A stretch of 64,000 bases of DNA from Octopus sinensis (Eukaryota). Of the stretch, positions 25,939 to 39,273 are shown in pieces (the first letter of the stretch is position 1; the number at the start of each line of letters is the position of its first letter). The notes beneath the pieces are model-generated. The model did not search any database. It saw nothing but the letters and a program-made list of their open reading frames with translations, and was not told where the DNA came from. The translations under genes were made by a program, and so were the position numbers. The stretch lies in contig NC_043015.1 in NCBI RefSeq assembly GCF_006345805.1, positions 3,348,001 to 3,412,000 on the forward strand. Direction: 5' to 3'.

Positions 25939-28047
25939 TGATCACACCATGTGTTACTAATATGACGCAAGTCACGAAACTACCATAAGACGGAACTTAC
26001 TAACTTGTACTTGGAACATTATCTATAGCTGTATTTCCAATGGAAAGGATCGCACATAAAACATTTTCTTAGTAATTGCTTGATGCTCAATAATTAGAAA
26101 GTAAAAAAAAAATGCTTGGGGAGATCCGCATGTGTCACTGACTACACGTCAGTGTGTTAGGCCGCCATGATTTGCGAATCCCGTATGGCTTCCAAATTTT
26201 ATATTCATACAGTTCATTCAACTCTGATATGATAGAATCAGTTATGTTGATCCACCCTATATAGAAGACGAGTACTATTTCGTACGTAGAATGGTAGTTC
26301 CTCATTTTTGGCTCCAAAACGTCAAAATATAATTTCCTAATATTCATTCAGTTCATGTAATCTGACCATAATACTTGTGAAATTCGGTTTTTATAGGATC
26401 TATTATAGTAAAACAACAGTAAAATGTCGCTATGCATTCGAAATCATTTCACTGTGTTTTGCACAGGAATGATTACTTTACAAGCCCTAGAAATATTTTA
26501 TTCCAATTCTTCATCTCTCACAATCCAACGTTTAGTATTAGACTTTCTAGTAAACATTTATTATTCTCGTAAATATTAAAGGCATTATAACTTTCTGTAT
26601 TATTTACGTATTATGTGTTAGACGTCACAGGTTGCAATGATAAGTTTGAGAACTTTTTTTTCCAGAATCGAACAAAACTAAATTTATATTTTTATAAAAA
26701 CTCTTCAAAGATGGAAAGAAATAAAAATATACATTTTTGGAAATATTTATCTCATATGTCAATCAATTTAATCTTTAGAATGAACATAAAAAATGTCGAA
26801 TCTACAAAGAGGGAAAATATAACATATCTCCAAATGATTGAGTTTCAAAATGAAACTTTAAAACAGTACAGTTATTTTATGATTTCATTTTTCTTCATAT
26901 ATTTTTGATTGGATTACAGTTTCTTGGAATATATTTCGAAACGAAGAAGAAAATTTATTTTTGTATTGTTGCACAGTAGAAAAAAAAATTCATTTTACTG
27001 CATAAAAAAGAAATAAGTATTTCCATAGAAAATCATTATTTTCCCTCCTGCTTGTTTTTTCCTGAATGTTTTTTCCTATTTTCTTTTCCTGAAATAATGC
27101 ATGAGATATTAAAGATAAATATTTCTATAGCAAAAAGAAAAAAAAAATGGAAACATATACTTTTGCATTTATCATATGATTTATCTGCTAATCATCCTAT
27201 TATGTCAATGGATACCTTGATAAATAGCAGATTTGTGCTTGAATAAATCCCTCTGCTTTCATGTACATTCTATTGAGTAAATATTACACTGCAACAGAAT
27301 ATAACAATGGAACTTGAAATACTTGACATTAGTAGTGAATATATTTTATCGTTGATTTTCTAACGCTAATCACGCCACGCATTTGGAAATAGAAACACGT
27401 TACATAAATTACGTAAGAGAGAAATAATCGATTTAGAAATATGATATGAAAGATAATAGAGGTGGACGAGTTTGCTATGTAGCTGGTTCTATCCTTCTCA
27501 AAACTGCATAGGGGAATGATTTTTAAAGGTGATAAAGAAGCAGACTTGAGGGAAATGGGATAGGTATGTCATAATTTAAAAGATATATTGTGTATAGAAA
27601 TTCCTTAGAAATAATTGTCTGTGGTATGCATCACAATTAAAAAAAATGACTTTCAAACAACTTTATACTTCGGAAATCAGTAAACAAATAATAAAACCAT
27701 TTTTTCGGAAAACCCTTTTATATTAATTACTATCATAGAAAATCTCTCGTTAACACATCGTGGATCTTTTCTCTTATATTATAAATTTTGCAATAATTTG
27801 CCATATGTACTTTTATAATGAGAAAATGGTTACTCTCCAATTATCTCAAATATTTTAAGTGCCACATTCTTCTTTATACGCGGAGGTAAAAATTAAAATA
27901 TTAAATTGCAATAATTTTCTTTAATTTCCAGGAATGCATCAGACACACGAAGGCTTATATGAATAAACACATAGTTAAAAATGAAGACAAACACATTGGA
28001 CTTTTATGAACATCAGAACGCAGATATATACTCAAGGCACCGGCCTC

Positions 28048-28096
28048 CTACAATGGTAAGCATGCTACAATGGTAAGCATGCTACAATGGTAAGCA
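28048..28096 (+). repeat. 17-bp tandem triplication ctacaatggtaagcatg
   Basis: Units at 28048, 28065 and 28082. Confidence 0.95.
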
Positions 28097-28310
28097 CCTA
28101 TAGAAAGTAGTGGCATTTCATATTGGCCTTTAGCATATTGGTTCAAACAACACCGAGGCAAACTTTGCATACCATCAGTTTCGGATCGATAAATAAAGTA
28201 TATGTGCAGTAATCGATAGCATGCCTCTCACAAATATTCGTGTCCCTGCAGCAAAAAAAAAAGAGAACAATATTAGGAGCGGCAGCAGCAGCAGTAACAG
28301 CAAAATTATT

Positions 28311-28385
28311 ACTACAACTACTACTACTACTACTACTACTACTTACTACTACTTACTACTACTACTATTACTACTACTACTACCA

Positions 28386-28418
<33 letters not shown>

Positions 28419-28530
28419 TTACATCTACTACTACTACAACCTTTACTATTACTACTACAACCCTCACCAACACTACTACCACTACCAACACTACTATTAC
28501 TACTAATACTAATACTAATACTACTATTAC
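28311..28530. repeat. Degenerate (TAC)n microsatellite
   Basis: Direct inspection. Confidence 0.95.
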
Positions 28531-28924
28531 TGCTACTCCCAACACCACAGACGTGTTAGCAATAACAGTAGTAGTACTAGGCCCAATTACATTTGGTAGG
28601 TTGCTGACCGCATGACTGATACCAAACAAAAAATAACAGCAAATCCCTTTCAAAACGTTGACCATCCATTGAAAAGAAACGAAATAATGAGAATAACTTA
28701 GCAGACACAAAGCTCCTGAAGGTAATCAAAAATATTCATCAAAACAAAAATTAGTATGTGATCAGCATCAATATTATGACGATGATAACGACGACAGTGG
28801 CTGCAGCGACGTTGGCAAGAATATCTTCCAAAACCTTAGGAATTAAGTTGTTGTTGATGATACAGTATGCAATATGTTCCTACTTACATATTAAAAATTC
28901 TATATACATATATATATATATATA

Positions 28925-28993
<69 letters not shown>

Positions 28994-29394
28994 ACCACCC
29001 AGCGAACTTCCACCATGGGTCATCACAATTGCTTAAGGTAAAAATGAATTCCTCGCTCTTTCGGAAACATCAATCTTCTGTATTGACCGCTTTCCACCAC
29101 TTTGATCTGTTTTTTGTATTGAATGCGTATCGCCACCGTGGGCCACTGCATCGAACACTTTGAACATATACTTCAAACTATATATCAACTATACATGAAC
29201 TCTAAGATGTCTGACTCCGTTGTGTATTATAAATGAATTTCTTGTGTTTGACGGCATGAGCTGTCTTTTTTTCTATATAACTTTTTTTGATAAGGTTCAT
29301 TTCAGGAACTGAAACATGTTATAATGTATATATAAAAATTAAAAATTGTATAATACAGCAGCATTTTCGAACTTCATTTTTTACAAATATATAT

Positions 29395-29446
<52 letters not shown>

Positions 29447-29465
29447 ATATAATATATATATATAT

Positions 29466-29544
<79 letters not shown>

Positions 29545-29579
29545 TAGATATATAGATATATAGATATAGATATATATAT

Positions 29580-29619
<40 letters not shown>

Positions 29620-29623
<4 letters not shown>

Positions 29624-29988
29624 CAGTTGTATACTGTCAATTTAACGTGACAGTTCCATGAAGGGAATTACACCACTGCTATTTAGCCCTGGGAAACATC
29701 AACGCTTCCTGTCGTCTTTTATACATTTCCTGTGTCATTATGTTTACAAAGCCTAAACAGGTATCTTCTGACTATGCTACGCCAGACTCATGACGAGCAA
29801 GACTCAGAAACACGTGTCTGTTTACAGGACTAGCTGTTGCGGGGTGCTTGTCTCCCATTTGTAAACATAAGGACAGAGGAAATGTGTCAAAGTCGACATG
29901 GAGCGTTGATGCTTCCTTGGGCTAAATAGCGGTTGTACGACTCCCTGTATAGGACTGTCACATTAACTTGACAGTATACAACTGCTCT
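29620..29988. mobile_element. TIR-bounded non-autonomous element (family B, imperfect TIRs of about 100 bp) with a decayed hammerhead-like motif in the spacer
   Basis: agagcagttgtatactgtcaa... / ...ttgacagtatacaactgctct; internal caga-CTCATGA-cgag(caaga)ctca-GAAAC-acgtg-tctg at 29783-29820. Confidence 0.85.
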
Positions 29989-32068
29989 ATCGTTCCACAA
30001 CTGCGTATATCTCTCTGAGATATTAAAAAAAATTATTATATATATGTGATAAAATAAATATTAATGAAATTTAAATATAAACATTCTTTATTGAACCTCC
30101 CCCAAAATCTTACCCGTTATGGAAGCTGTTATTTAGCCGCAAGTTAGTCTGGATACATCAAGCTTCTGATAAAAACATTTCCGTTTTTCTACGGAGCCGT
30201 ACAATATTGAGAAATCATTTACACAATGTTCAAAGCTATTTCTAAATAAGGTGATGGAGGTATTCGTTCGCTGTATTTCTCATAGGGTTAGCGACCACCT
30301 ACAGATGGCTCGGAGATTTATTCAGATTAGTACAGATATTCATTGTTCTGTTTTTATCATTTTCACAATACACAGAATTACGAAGAGCCATGTTTGTGGC
30401 GACGGTGACTATTACAGCTGGTGAATTGATGGAAATATATATATGTGTGTATGTGTTACACTCTTACACTCTAACTGGTTGAATATTTCACAAACACTTT
30501 TGCAGTTAAAGTTGTATACATGCTGAAACGATGATGAAAGAACTAACAGGGATAAACCTACTAATTGAATTGATTGCGCCGTACAACACGCCCGTTTCCA
30601 AATAGTTCCTATCCATTACTTTTCGTTTAATAAATTTAATTGTAAGAAGAAATGAAGTCAAATACTTGCTAGTTGAGAGTGAGAACAGGACTAAAAGTTG
30701 AAGGAGTGTAATTCCTTACTATTAGGCACGGTCTGCTTATATTACGACTAAAACTAAACGACACATCCAAGTACATGGATTTCACCAAATATCCCTGAGT
30801 GGCGTGCAGCCAATGGATACAATGTCATCTTTATGCGATTGGGGATTTTTGTACGTCCCCCATTCGCAAGATTTATAACGTAATATTCGGCACAATTACG
30901 AAGAATTCGCATCATGATTAAATATGATTCTGAGCAATTTCTTAGAAGTTAAATTAAAAGCGCAGTATACATTTTCACCAGAGAGAATAACCAGAGCTCA
31001 GTATTTATTTAATATTACTTCAAGTTGAATGGCAGATACTAAGTAATATTTTATTGCTTTAAATATGTCCACTCTTTCTACATTTGCTGCTAATTCTCCG
31101 ACGCCATACTATTCCAGTGAGACTGATGAAGCTGGATCGCATAAGGAAAACGGCTATGCCATTCTGAGCAAGTATTTCGCCAAAGGTAAAATAGGAGAAA
31201 CGCCGAGATAGTTGCCATCAACATCGCATTGGGTAATTAATATCATATCAAAGATAAGACCGAAACACAATGGTATATTTAGTGAGATTGATTTTCAGGA
31301 GTTAAAGTTTTGCAATGCATAGAGGATGCAGAGGAAACTCCGAGTATCGATCTGCTTCCTTTGACAGTAATGAAGAGGAGCATTGGAACACTGTACACAT
31401 AGAATGTTGCGCCTGCAAATGAAAAGTATTGAATATAAGATCTGAATGAATAATACAAACAACACATTATGTGTTCATCTTTAAAATCATTTAAATGAGA
31501 AATTGCTATAAATGTGTCGGGGGCATGCTACGCAACACAGATTAGATTTTTAAACGAAAAACATCATATATATTGGAAATATACATCAGAGGTATATACG
31601 TGTTTGAATGATATTGAACATGAAATATGCTGAACTGACACTCATGTTACACATTCGTGCAATTGTTTGTGTCTATGTATATATATGACTATGTATATAG
31701 TCTCTATGTATATATGTGTCTATGTATATATGTGTCTATGAATATATGTAGAAGAAAATATATGACTAACACAAGATTTTACATTTTTTCTACAACACAA
31801 AATTTTACATCTTTTATTCATTTTTGTACAATACTACTTCTTCGTTAATTTCATCTTCTACTCTGGGTGCCAACTTGACGCTGATTATCAAATATCTTTC
31901 CCCCGCGAGACATCATTTATTTTAAAACAGCTTTTTGAGTCTACCTCATTTTATCCTACATTTGCTTGGTATGCCATCAGTGTTAATAAAGCAACTATAT
32001 GTAGTGAACACACTAATTTACTAGACGTAGACTGAATTATGTAATTCTCTGTAGCTCGAAATATTAGT

Positions 32069-32129
32069 GAAGCGCGTGGTTTAGTGGTTAGCGTAATCGG
32101 TTCGTTATCGTAAGATCCTGAAATCGAAT

Positions 32130-32176
<47 letters not shown>

Positions 32177-32330
32177 TTTGCTCACGTTGCTCCAGTCCGC
32201 TCACCTGGCAAAAATGAATTGCACCAGTAATTCAATAGAGCGGCTTTGTCACATTCTGAGAAATATTTTAATAGGACCAGTGACCCCGAAATACTAAGTC
32301 TCTTGCCTGTGAATTTCACAAAGAGGATGG
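32069..32330 (+). mobile_element. CORE-like tRNA SINE interrupted by (ATTT)n
   Basis: A box tggtttagtggtt; (ATTT)n at 32128-32179; cacgttgctccagtccgctcacctggcaaaaatg matches about 46310-46345. Confidence 0.75.
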
Positions 32331-32756
32331 AACACTTATCGTCGAAAAAATTTCTATATAACATCAGATATAAATATATAATAAGTTGTCCACGAAAGAT
32401 ACTATATAGGCACACACACACACACACACACACACAGGCACATACACACATACACACACAGACATACACACACATATGTCATTCGACAGGCTGGGTACTT
32501 TCGTTGTTTCCGTCTTACATAGGTGTATCAAAGAGACTGGTAGTTGCAATACCTTTTAAAATAGTTTTACGCATGCACCAGCTGATATTCTCTTTCAGGT
32601 TCATAATATTTTATAACTAATGTGTCCCCTGCTAATGTGCGCCTTCCCCAATGATTTAACGACAACAACCATGTTAATTGCCAGTCTGCCAGGACAAAAG
32701 TCCGCAACATATATCTCTATTCTCATTTCTCCACACATATTGCAATTTGTCCTTGT

Positions 32757-32817
<61 letters not shown>

Positions 32818-32828
32818 ACACACACACA

Positions 32829-32867
<39 letters not shown>

Positions 32868-32873
32868 TTATTC

Positions 32874-33029
32874 AGGGTATCCAAGTGATACGACCACGCA
32901 GGAAATAGCAGCCGAAACTTGCGTCTAAAACCACATTAAATGTTCATACAGCTATTTGAACATTTAATGTGGTTTTAGAGTCAAGATTTGACTGCTATTT
33001 CCTGCGTGGCCGTATCTCTCAGATACCCT
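32874..33029. mobile_element. Short fold-back element (imperfect arms of about 73 bp, loop 32947-32956) next to (TA)n
   Basis: agggtat...aaaccacattaaatgttca / tgaacatttaatgtggtttt...ataccct. Confidence 0.85.
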
Positions 33030-34338
33030 AAATTATAGTTTTATTAATAATTATTACTTTCAAAGGTCTTTTATTCCCATGCTGGCCACCTGTTACGATC
33101 GCTATTCGAATATGCACACACTCACAGTCATATATATTTAGCTGTGTATTTTACTTATATATTTATATATAAAAGATTATGATTCAAGTGAACCAGACAG
33201 TTATACGGTAACAATTGTAGATTCATGAAGCTGCATATGCCGCTGATTTTTCGATGTTTTTTAACGCTCTGCTATATGTATTTAAATGGACATAAACGTT
33301 ATAGTTTTAATGATGCGTTGTACCATTAATTAATATAAAAAAATCTGGAAACAGTTGTGAATTGACACATAATCCATTAGTTGTTATCCATTTATATTTA
33401 TGTATATATATTTCTACATATATGTGGGCACCTTTATAAAAAATGTACTTCGAACAAAACCTATACAACATAGTTTTTTTTATTTAGATAGGTAGAGTTG
33501 TGTGCAATCAAAAAAGTAATGGAAGACAAAATTCGCTATTAGTTTTTAATGATCTATTCTATCAATGCGGTGCACATAGACTTTCGTTCAAATAATATTT
33601 AAAAAATAGAATAACAAGTATGTGTAATATTCCGTTTCTATTTCACACGTACGGTCCTACACGTATATTTTATAGAAAGGTAGTATTCATAAAAGCATGC
33701 GTACACAATTTCTGAAGACATACATTGTTAAAAGATATGAAATTATGAAACCCATACTTAAGAAATCAAATTTCAGTTCATTACATACGTTAGAAAATCT
33801 CAGGAAAGACATAATTTTTGAAAATTGGGTGCATATAATATTAATGAAATAGATGGATGAGGAGACATTTGGAAACAGAATATACTAAATATTGTATATC
33901 AATTTATTAAAATACATTATCAAACTACATCAGATATGCTGTTAATAATGACATTACATATGTCTTTAATTTATTCAAACGCACTCCAACAAAGCCACAA
34001 CATGCACAACAATAGCAAAAATGTGCACATAAATATCAAAAACATTATTTGAAAACAAGCTAAATATACGATTCCATTATCATGTGCATATATATTCATA
34101 TATATAGACACACGCAAATATTTGTATCTACATATGTACAAACTGACATGCACACAAACATATAAGTATGCACGCGTATATCTATTTATTCATAAGTGCG
34201 AATGTTTGTGTGAGTGTGTATTTCTATATGCATACGCGCAAACACACCGACACATATATTCATTTGTGTGTATGTGTCTATATCTATATATCTATATCTA
34301 TCTATCTATCTATCTATACACACCCACACACACACACA

Positions 34339-34395
<57 letters not shown>

Positions 34396-34468
34396 TCATA
34401 TGCTCCTGCGTGAGCATGTATGCATATTCCAAATATACAGATACGCACACACGCGCACTCTCTCGCAA

Positions 34469-34500
<32 letters not shown>

Positions 34501-35053
34501 TCTCTCTCCCTCTCTCAATCGATCTATCTTGCCACAGATCGAAAGAGAAATATCATTACAGAAGAAAATAAGAGAGTGAAGTATTATGATTCCTAACAAA
34601 ATTGTAATGGTTAACATTATTAATTATATATGAATAATGACTTGCACTAAACGTACACTTTGTAAACTGCATAGATATCACGGTACGTTACTCAGCAAAG
34701 GTAGAAGTAATCGACTCGCACATACGCAACGGACTGAATTTAGATTGAAATTATTATTTCTACATGTGTCAAGATATTGATTTCTGTGTACTTGCTCTGA
34801 CGTAGGTGTTGTGAATGAAGAGCATTATTTACATCGTAAATATTGATGTTGGTTATACTTATAATGCTGATATGAATCTCCATTTATACATTGACATATT
34901 CACACACCTGGTCATGGATAAGAATATAAAATACACAACAAACACGTGAGTCAATTATGTATATATCTCCATGTATGTTTGTACGTAAGTGTGTATAGTG
35001 ATCCCATCAGTGAGAGATTACGTACAACGGGTATATATATATATATATATATT

Positions 35054-35782
35054 GATAAAAATGGTAAGACAACAAAAGAAAGAAACATGCCTCGATATTA
35101 TGTAAACAGAAGAATTTATCTGTAAATGTAATATGTGGCAATTAATTTTTAGTCATGATAAAACTCCGAGTTTCGGATGTGTCAGTGCATATATAGACGT
35201 GTGGGGGGTATGTGCATATATAGGCGTGTGTCTGTCCGTGCATCAAGGGATGTGCATATATAGACGTGGTCTACTCTTTTTATACTCCCTTGAGCCTTTT
35301 TGTGTATAGTTACCCTTAACCCTGCTTTTTCTTGTGCCTGTGCGTATATAGAGGTGCGTATGAAGCTTTTCTGGTGCGCGTGCGTGTCTGTGGATTTGTA
35401 TGTATATACATATGCATTTGGCGAAAGAGAGTGAGGGTGTATACGTTTTCAAGTGAGGGTGGATGACGTTAGACTTTAATGCGCACGCACGTGGGTGTGC
35501 GCGCGCACATGTGTAGGTATGGACAGGCGCGCTATTGCTAATACTATGAACTTTTCACCCCATATTTTACTCCATCCCCTTACTTAGCTGTCACTCGAAT
35601 ACCTATTTTGTCTTAATAACGGTCCATCACACAGTAATTTCCCTTTAAATAAGCGACATTTTTCAAATCATTTTTTCCGATTGCCGGATAACTGAAGAGA
35701 TAGCGGCGAGGATTTCCATCTCGGCATCCGAAACTCGGAGTTTTATCATGGCTATCGAATAACGGTCACATATTACATTTAC

Positions 35783-35786
<4 letters not shown>
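35054..35786. mobile_element. (TA)n-flanked element with inverted terminal segments (35118-35179 vs 35725-35786), hammerhead-bearing
   Basis: atctgtaaatgtaatatgtg...catgataaaactccgagtttcggatg and its reverse complement. Confidence 0.85.
35687..35747 (+). ncRNA. Type I hammerhead ribozyme, canonical core
   Basis: Stem I GAUAA/UUAUC; CUGAAGA 35692-35698; bulged stem II GAU..GC..CGAG/CUCG..GC.AUC; GAAAC 35730-35734; near-palindromic stem III ACUC-G-GAGU; GUU triplet, predicted cut after 35742. Confidence 0.78.
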
Positions 35787-35877
<91 letters not shown>

Positions 35878-35878
35878 A

Positions 35879-35933
<55 letters not shown>

Positions 35934-36356
35934 CACAGATAAGCATACATATAAGTGTATGTGTGTGTATGTATGTATGAGTATATATTTTTGTGTATGT
36001 ACTATGCGACTTAGTTATGCATGCTTGTCAAATACACTCACAGACGCACACATGCACAAATATATATATACATTCCTATATACATATATACCTGTATATA
36101 ACAAATCCTACTTGTAGCTTCGGAACGACAAATACACACACTAGTGTCTGTTGTTACGCAAATATAAAGAAAGGCAGTTGCCCATGTTGCGACGTAATTG
36201 ATTTTACACGGTGGAATGTGCTTTGAGATCCTGGCGAAAGACTTACTATTGTTCAGCAAACAAAATATATTCTGCATCTATGCAAAATATCGTGTAAATA
36301 TCAATCTATTATGATAAATGTGTGCAGTTATTCCCTGTAGTAGTAGTGCCGGTATT

Positions 36357-36366
36357 GTTATTATTA

Positions 36367-36463
<97 letters not shown>

Positions 36464-36474
36464 CATCATCATCA

Positions 36475-36564
<90 letters not shown>

Positions 36565-36581
36565 TATTATTATTATTATTA
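36357..36581. repeat. (TTA)n microsatellite with a (TCA)n insert
   Basis: Direct inspection. Confidence 0.95.
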
Positions 36582-37600
36582 TGCAGCATGGGAAGATATA
36601 GTGAATGTAAAGCAGCCAGATCGAAGAGAAATTTGTAGATTGACGATTAAAATTTTGGGAAGATTGCTGAATTGAAATGGCCCAGGACCAGATGTATTTA
36701 ATGGGTAATTGTTGAAAATCATTTAGTAGCTTATATCGGAGGTACAGGAAACTACTTCAGGATTGCCTGAATGGAGGAGTAATACCGGATAGGAGAACAA
36801 GGGAGAGAACATTCCCCCTTATGAAAGACAAATGCAAGTGTAACACAGCTAGCAATTACAGAGCAATCACTGAAGCTGTTAGCAGCCATGCTTTCATGAA
36901 GCATTTACGAGCACATTGAAAACCAGGATTTACTGCCAGAACAGAAAGGTTGACGTAAGAAGGCTAGAGGTATGCATGATCTATTATACATAAGCAAACC
37001 AGTCCGGAATGAAGTGAAAGCAAGAAAGAAAAGTCTAACAATAGCGTGGATACATTATAGAAATGCATATGAAATGATTCCATATTCATAAATAAGTGAA
37101 TGTTGGCATATATTCAGTATAGCAGACAATATAATAGAGTTAATTCAGTTCAGCAGGAAAAAATGGAAAATAGATCTCTACTTATATGACACTGCCGTAG
37201 GCAAATTAATATCAAGACAGGAATTTAGCAAGGATTCTTTAATATTTGTCTTCTGTCCAATTCCTCGAAAAGTAAAGGCAGGTTACCAGTTCAGATATAG
37301 TAAAGTAGAAATTAAGCAGTTATTTTCCTGGATGATCTTAAGCGCTTTAGGAAGAATAAAAATGAGATAGATCTTTAATGCAATCTGAAAGATTCTGTAT
37401 CAAAGATACATTCATAAAATTTGGCATAGATAAGTGTGCAATAGACATGAAATTGGGAGAGATAGTCAACAGGGAAGGTAACCAATTACCAGATGGGCAG
37501 ACGATAAAATCACAAAGGAAGGAGAGTATTAGAATCTATAAAATTATTAAATGTACAAAATCGAGGAAGCTAATGAAGATAAATCTAAATGGTCAGGATA
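36582..37600 (+). mobile_element. Decayed R4/Dong-like RLE LINE, RT fragment
   Basis: Frameshifted motifs [59 protein letters not shown]. Confidence 0.8.
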
Positions 37601-37612
37601 TAGTGAAGGTTG

Positions 37613-37778
<166 letters not shown>

Positions 37779-37799
37779 TATATGTGTGTGTAGGTGTGG

Positions 37800-38090
37800 G
37801 TGGTTGTGATTGTGTGGTTAAGGCAGCGGCCTCGCGGTCAAAGTATCGCGGTTTCGATTCATTGACCGTGCGTTGCGTATGTTTATTGTGAGAAAACACC
37901 TAAAACTCCACGAGGTTCCGGCAGGGGTGGTGGTGACCCATTTTCTACTCTTTCACCCAATTTTTTCTCACTCTCTCTTCCTGTTTTTTGCAGTAACGCT
38001 GCGATGGACTGGCGTCCCGTCCAGCTGGTGGGAACGCATACGGCACAGAAACCTTACCTATGAACCTGGCTATGCTTGTAAACGGCCCAT
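37800..38090 (+). mobile_element. tRNA-derived SINE, family H head and body with tail type 2
   Basis: Matches 1846/15209 up to the pyrimidine tract, then continues gcgatggactggcgtcccgtccagctgg. Confidence 0.75.
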
Positions 38091-39024
38091 AAATAAAGCA
38101 TATATATATATATATATATATAATTGTACTGAGCTCCAAACGGTGTTAAGCTTCACTTCTTCTTACTCTGTTCCTGCTAAGTGACAAATATATTCATAGG
38201 AAACATCGCTGACCTTAATTGTTTTCTTTTCCCTTAAAATTCAAGAAACGTATCTAAGAGTAAATTGAAACATACTTTGTTGACATATTTTGAGTCATTA
38301 TATGCAAAAACATATAATTTGTTTTTCAAAATTTCTTTCTAGATAATCCCTGATCGAGCTGCGTTACTAATAAGATGTTAACTTTTGGGTTGGTCGTTTT
38401 ATTTTCTTTATAATTTAGACACATTATACACAGACAGATGTGAATATTACCCAGTCTGTTTCTAATCAGTTTACCTTAATTACAAAATTACTAATACGAC
38501 ATCGCCCACGGGACATGCGTAGAATCAATCAATATTGTTGATTTAACCTGGATGATTTATACACGTAGAATTTGAAATAGTCAAGTGGGAGGAACAATAA
38601 GAAAAAGTTAAGACGCAATTAATGCTGGATCAGTTCAAATTATACGAAATAATTAAATGAAAACGAAATGTTTGATTATTCCAAATGCAGATAGTGCTAT
38701 ATTATTAGTGTTCAACACTATGCATTTGTAATCACGATTGACAATTGGTAAATGATACAGACATACTAATGTTTGTCAATGAAGCATTATGCTCATAAGA
38801 GTGAATTGAAGAAATGGACACCATACTTGATTGTATATTGGTATGTGTATATGTGGGTTTGGATATGCATGTATGTATATTAGTCTGTGTGCGTGAGAAA
38901 ATATATGGAAACACATGTATATCTATATATCTATCAATCTATCTATCTATCCATCTATCTATACATACATAAATACATAGATATATGTGTATATATATAT
39001 ATATATTCATATGTATCAATTTAC

Positions 39025-39060
<36 letters not shown>

Positions 39061-39106
39061 CTATTCATATGTATCCATTTACATATGTATATATATATAT
39101 ATATAT

Positions 39107-39139
<33 letters not shown>

Positions 39140-39209
39140 ATATATGAATATGTATATATATTCATATGTATATATATGCATATATATATACATATATACA
39201 TAAATATGC

Positions 39210-39273
<64 letters not shown>

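Noticed and set aside
25955-25990. tgac-gcaa-gtca hairpin followed by CGAAAC
   Set aside because: No CUGANGA, no NUH site and no stem I.
31120-31160. CTGATGA...GAAAAC
   Set aside because: No stem II pairing and no stem III or NUH.
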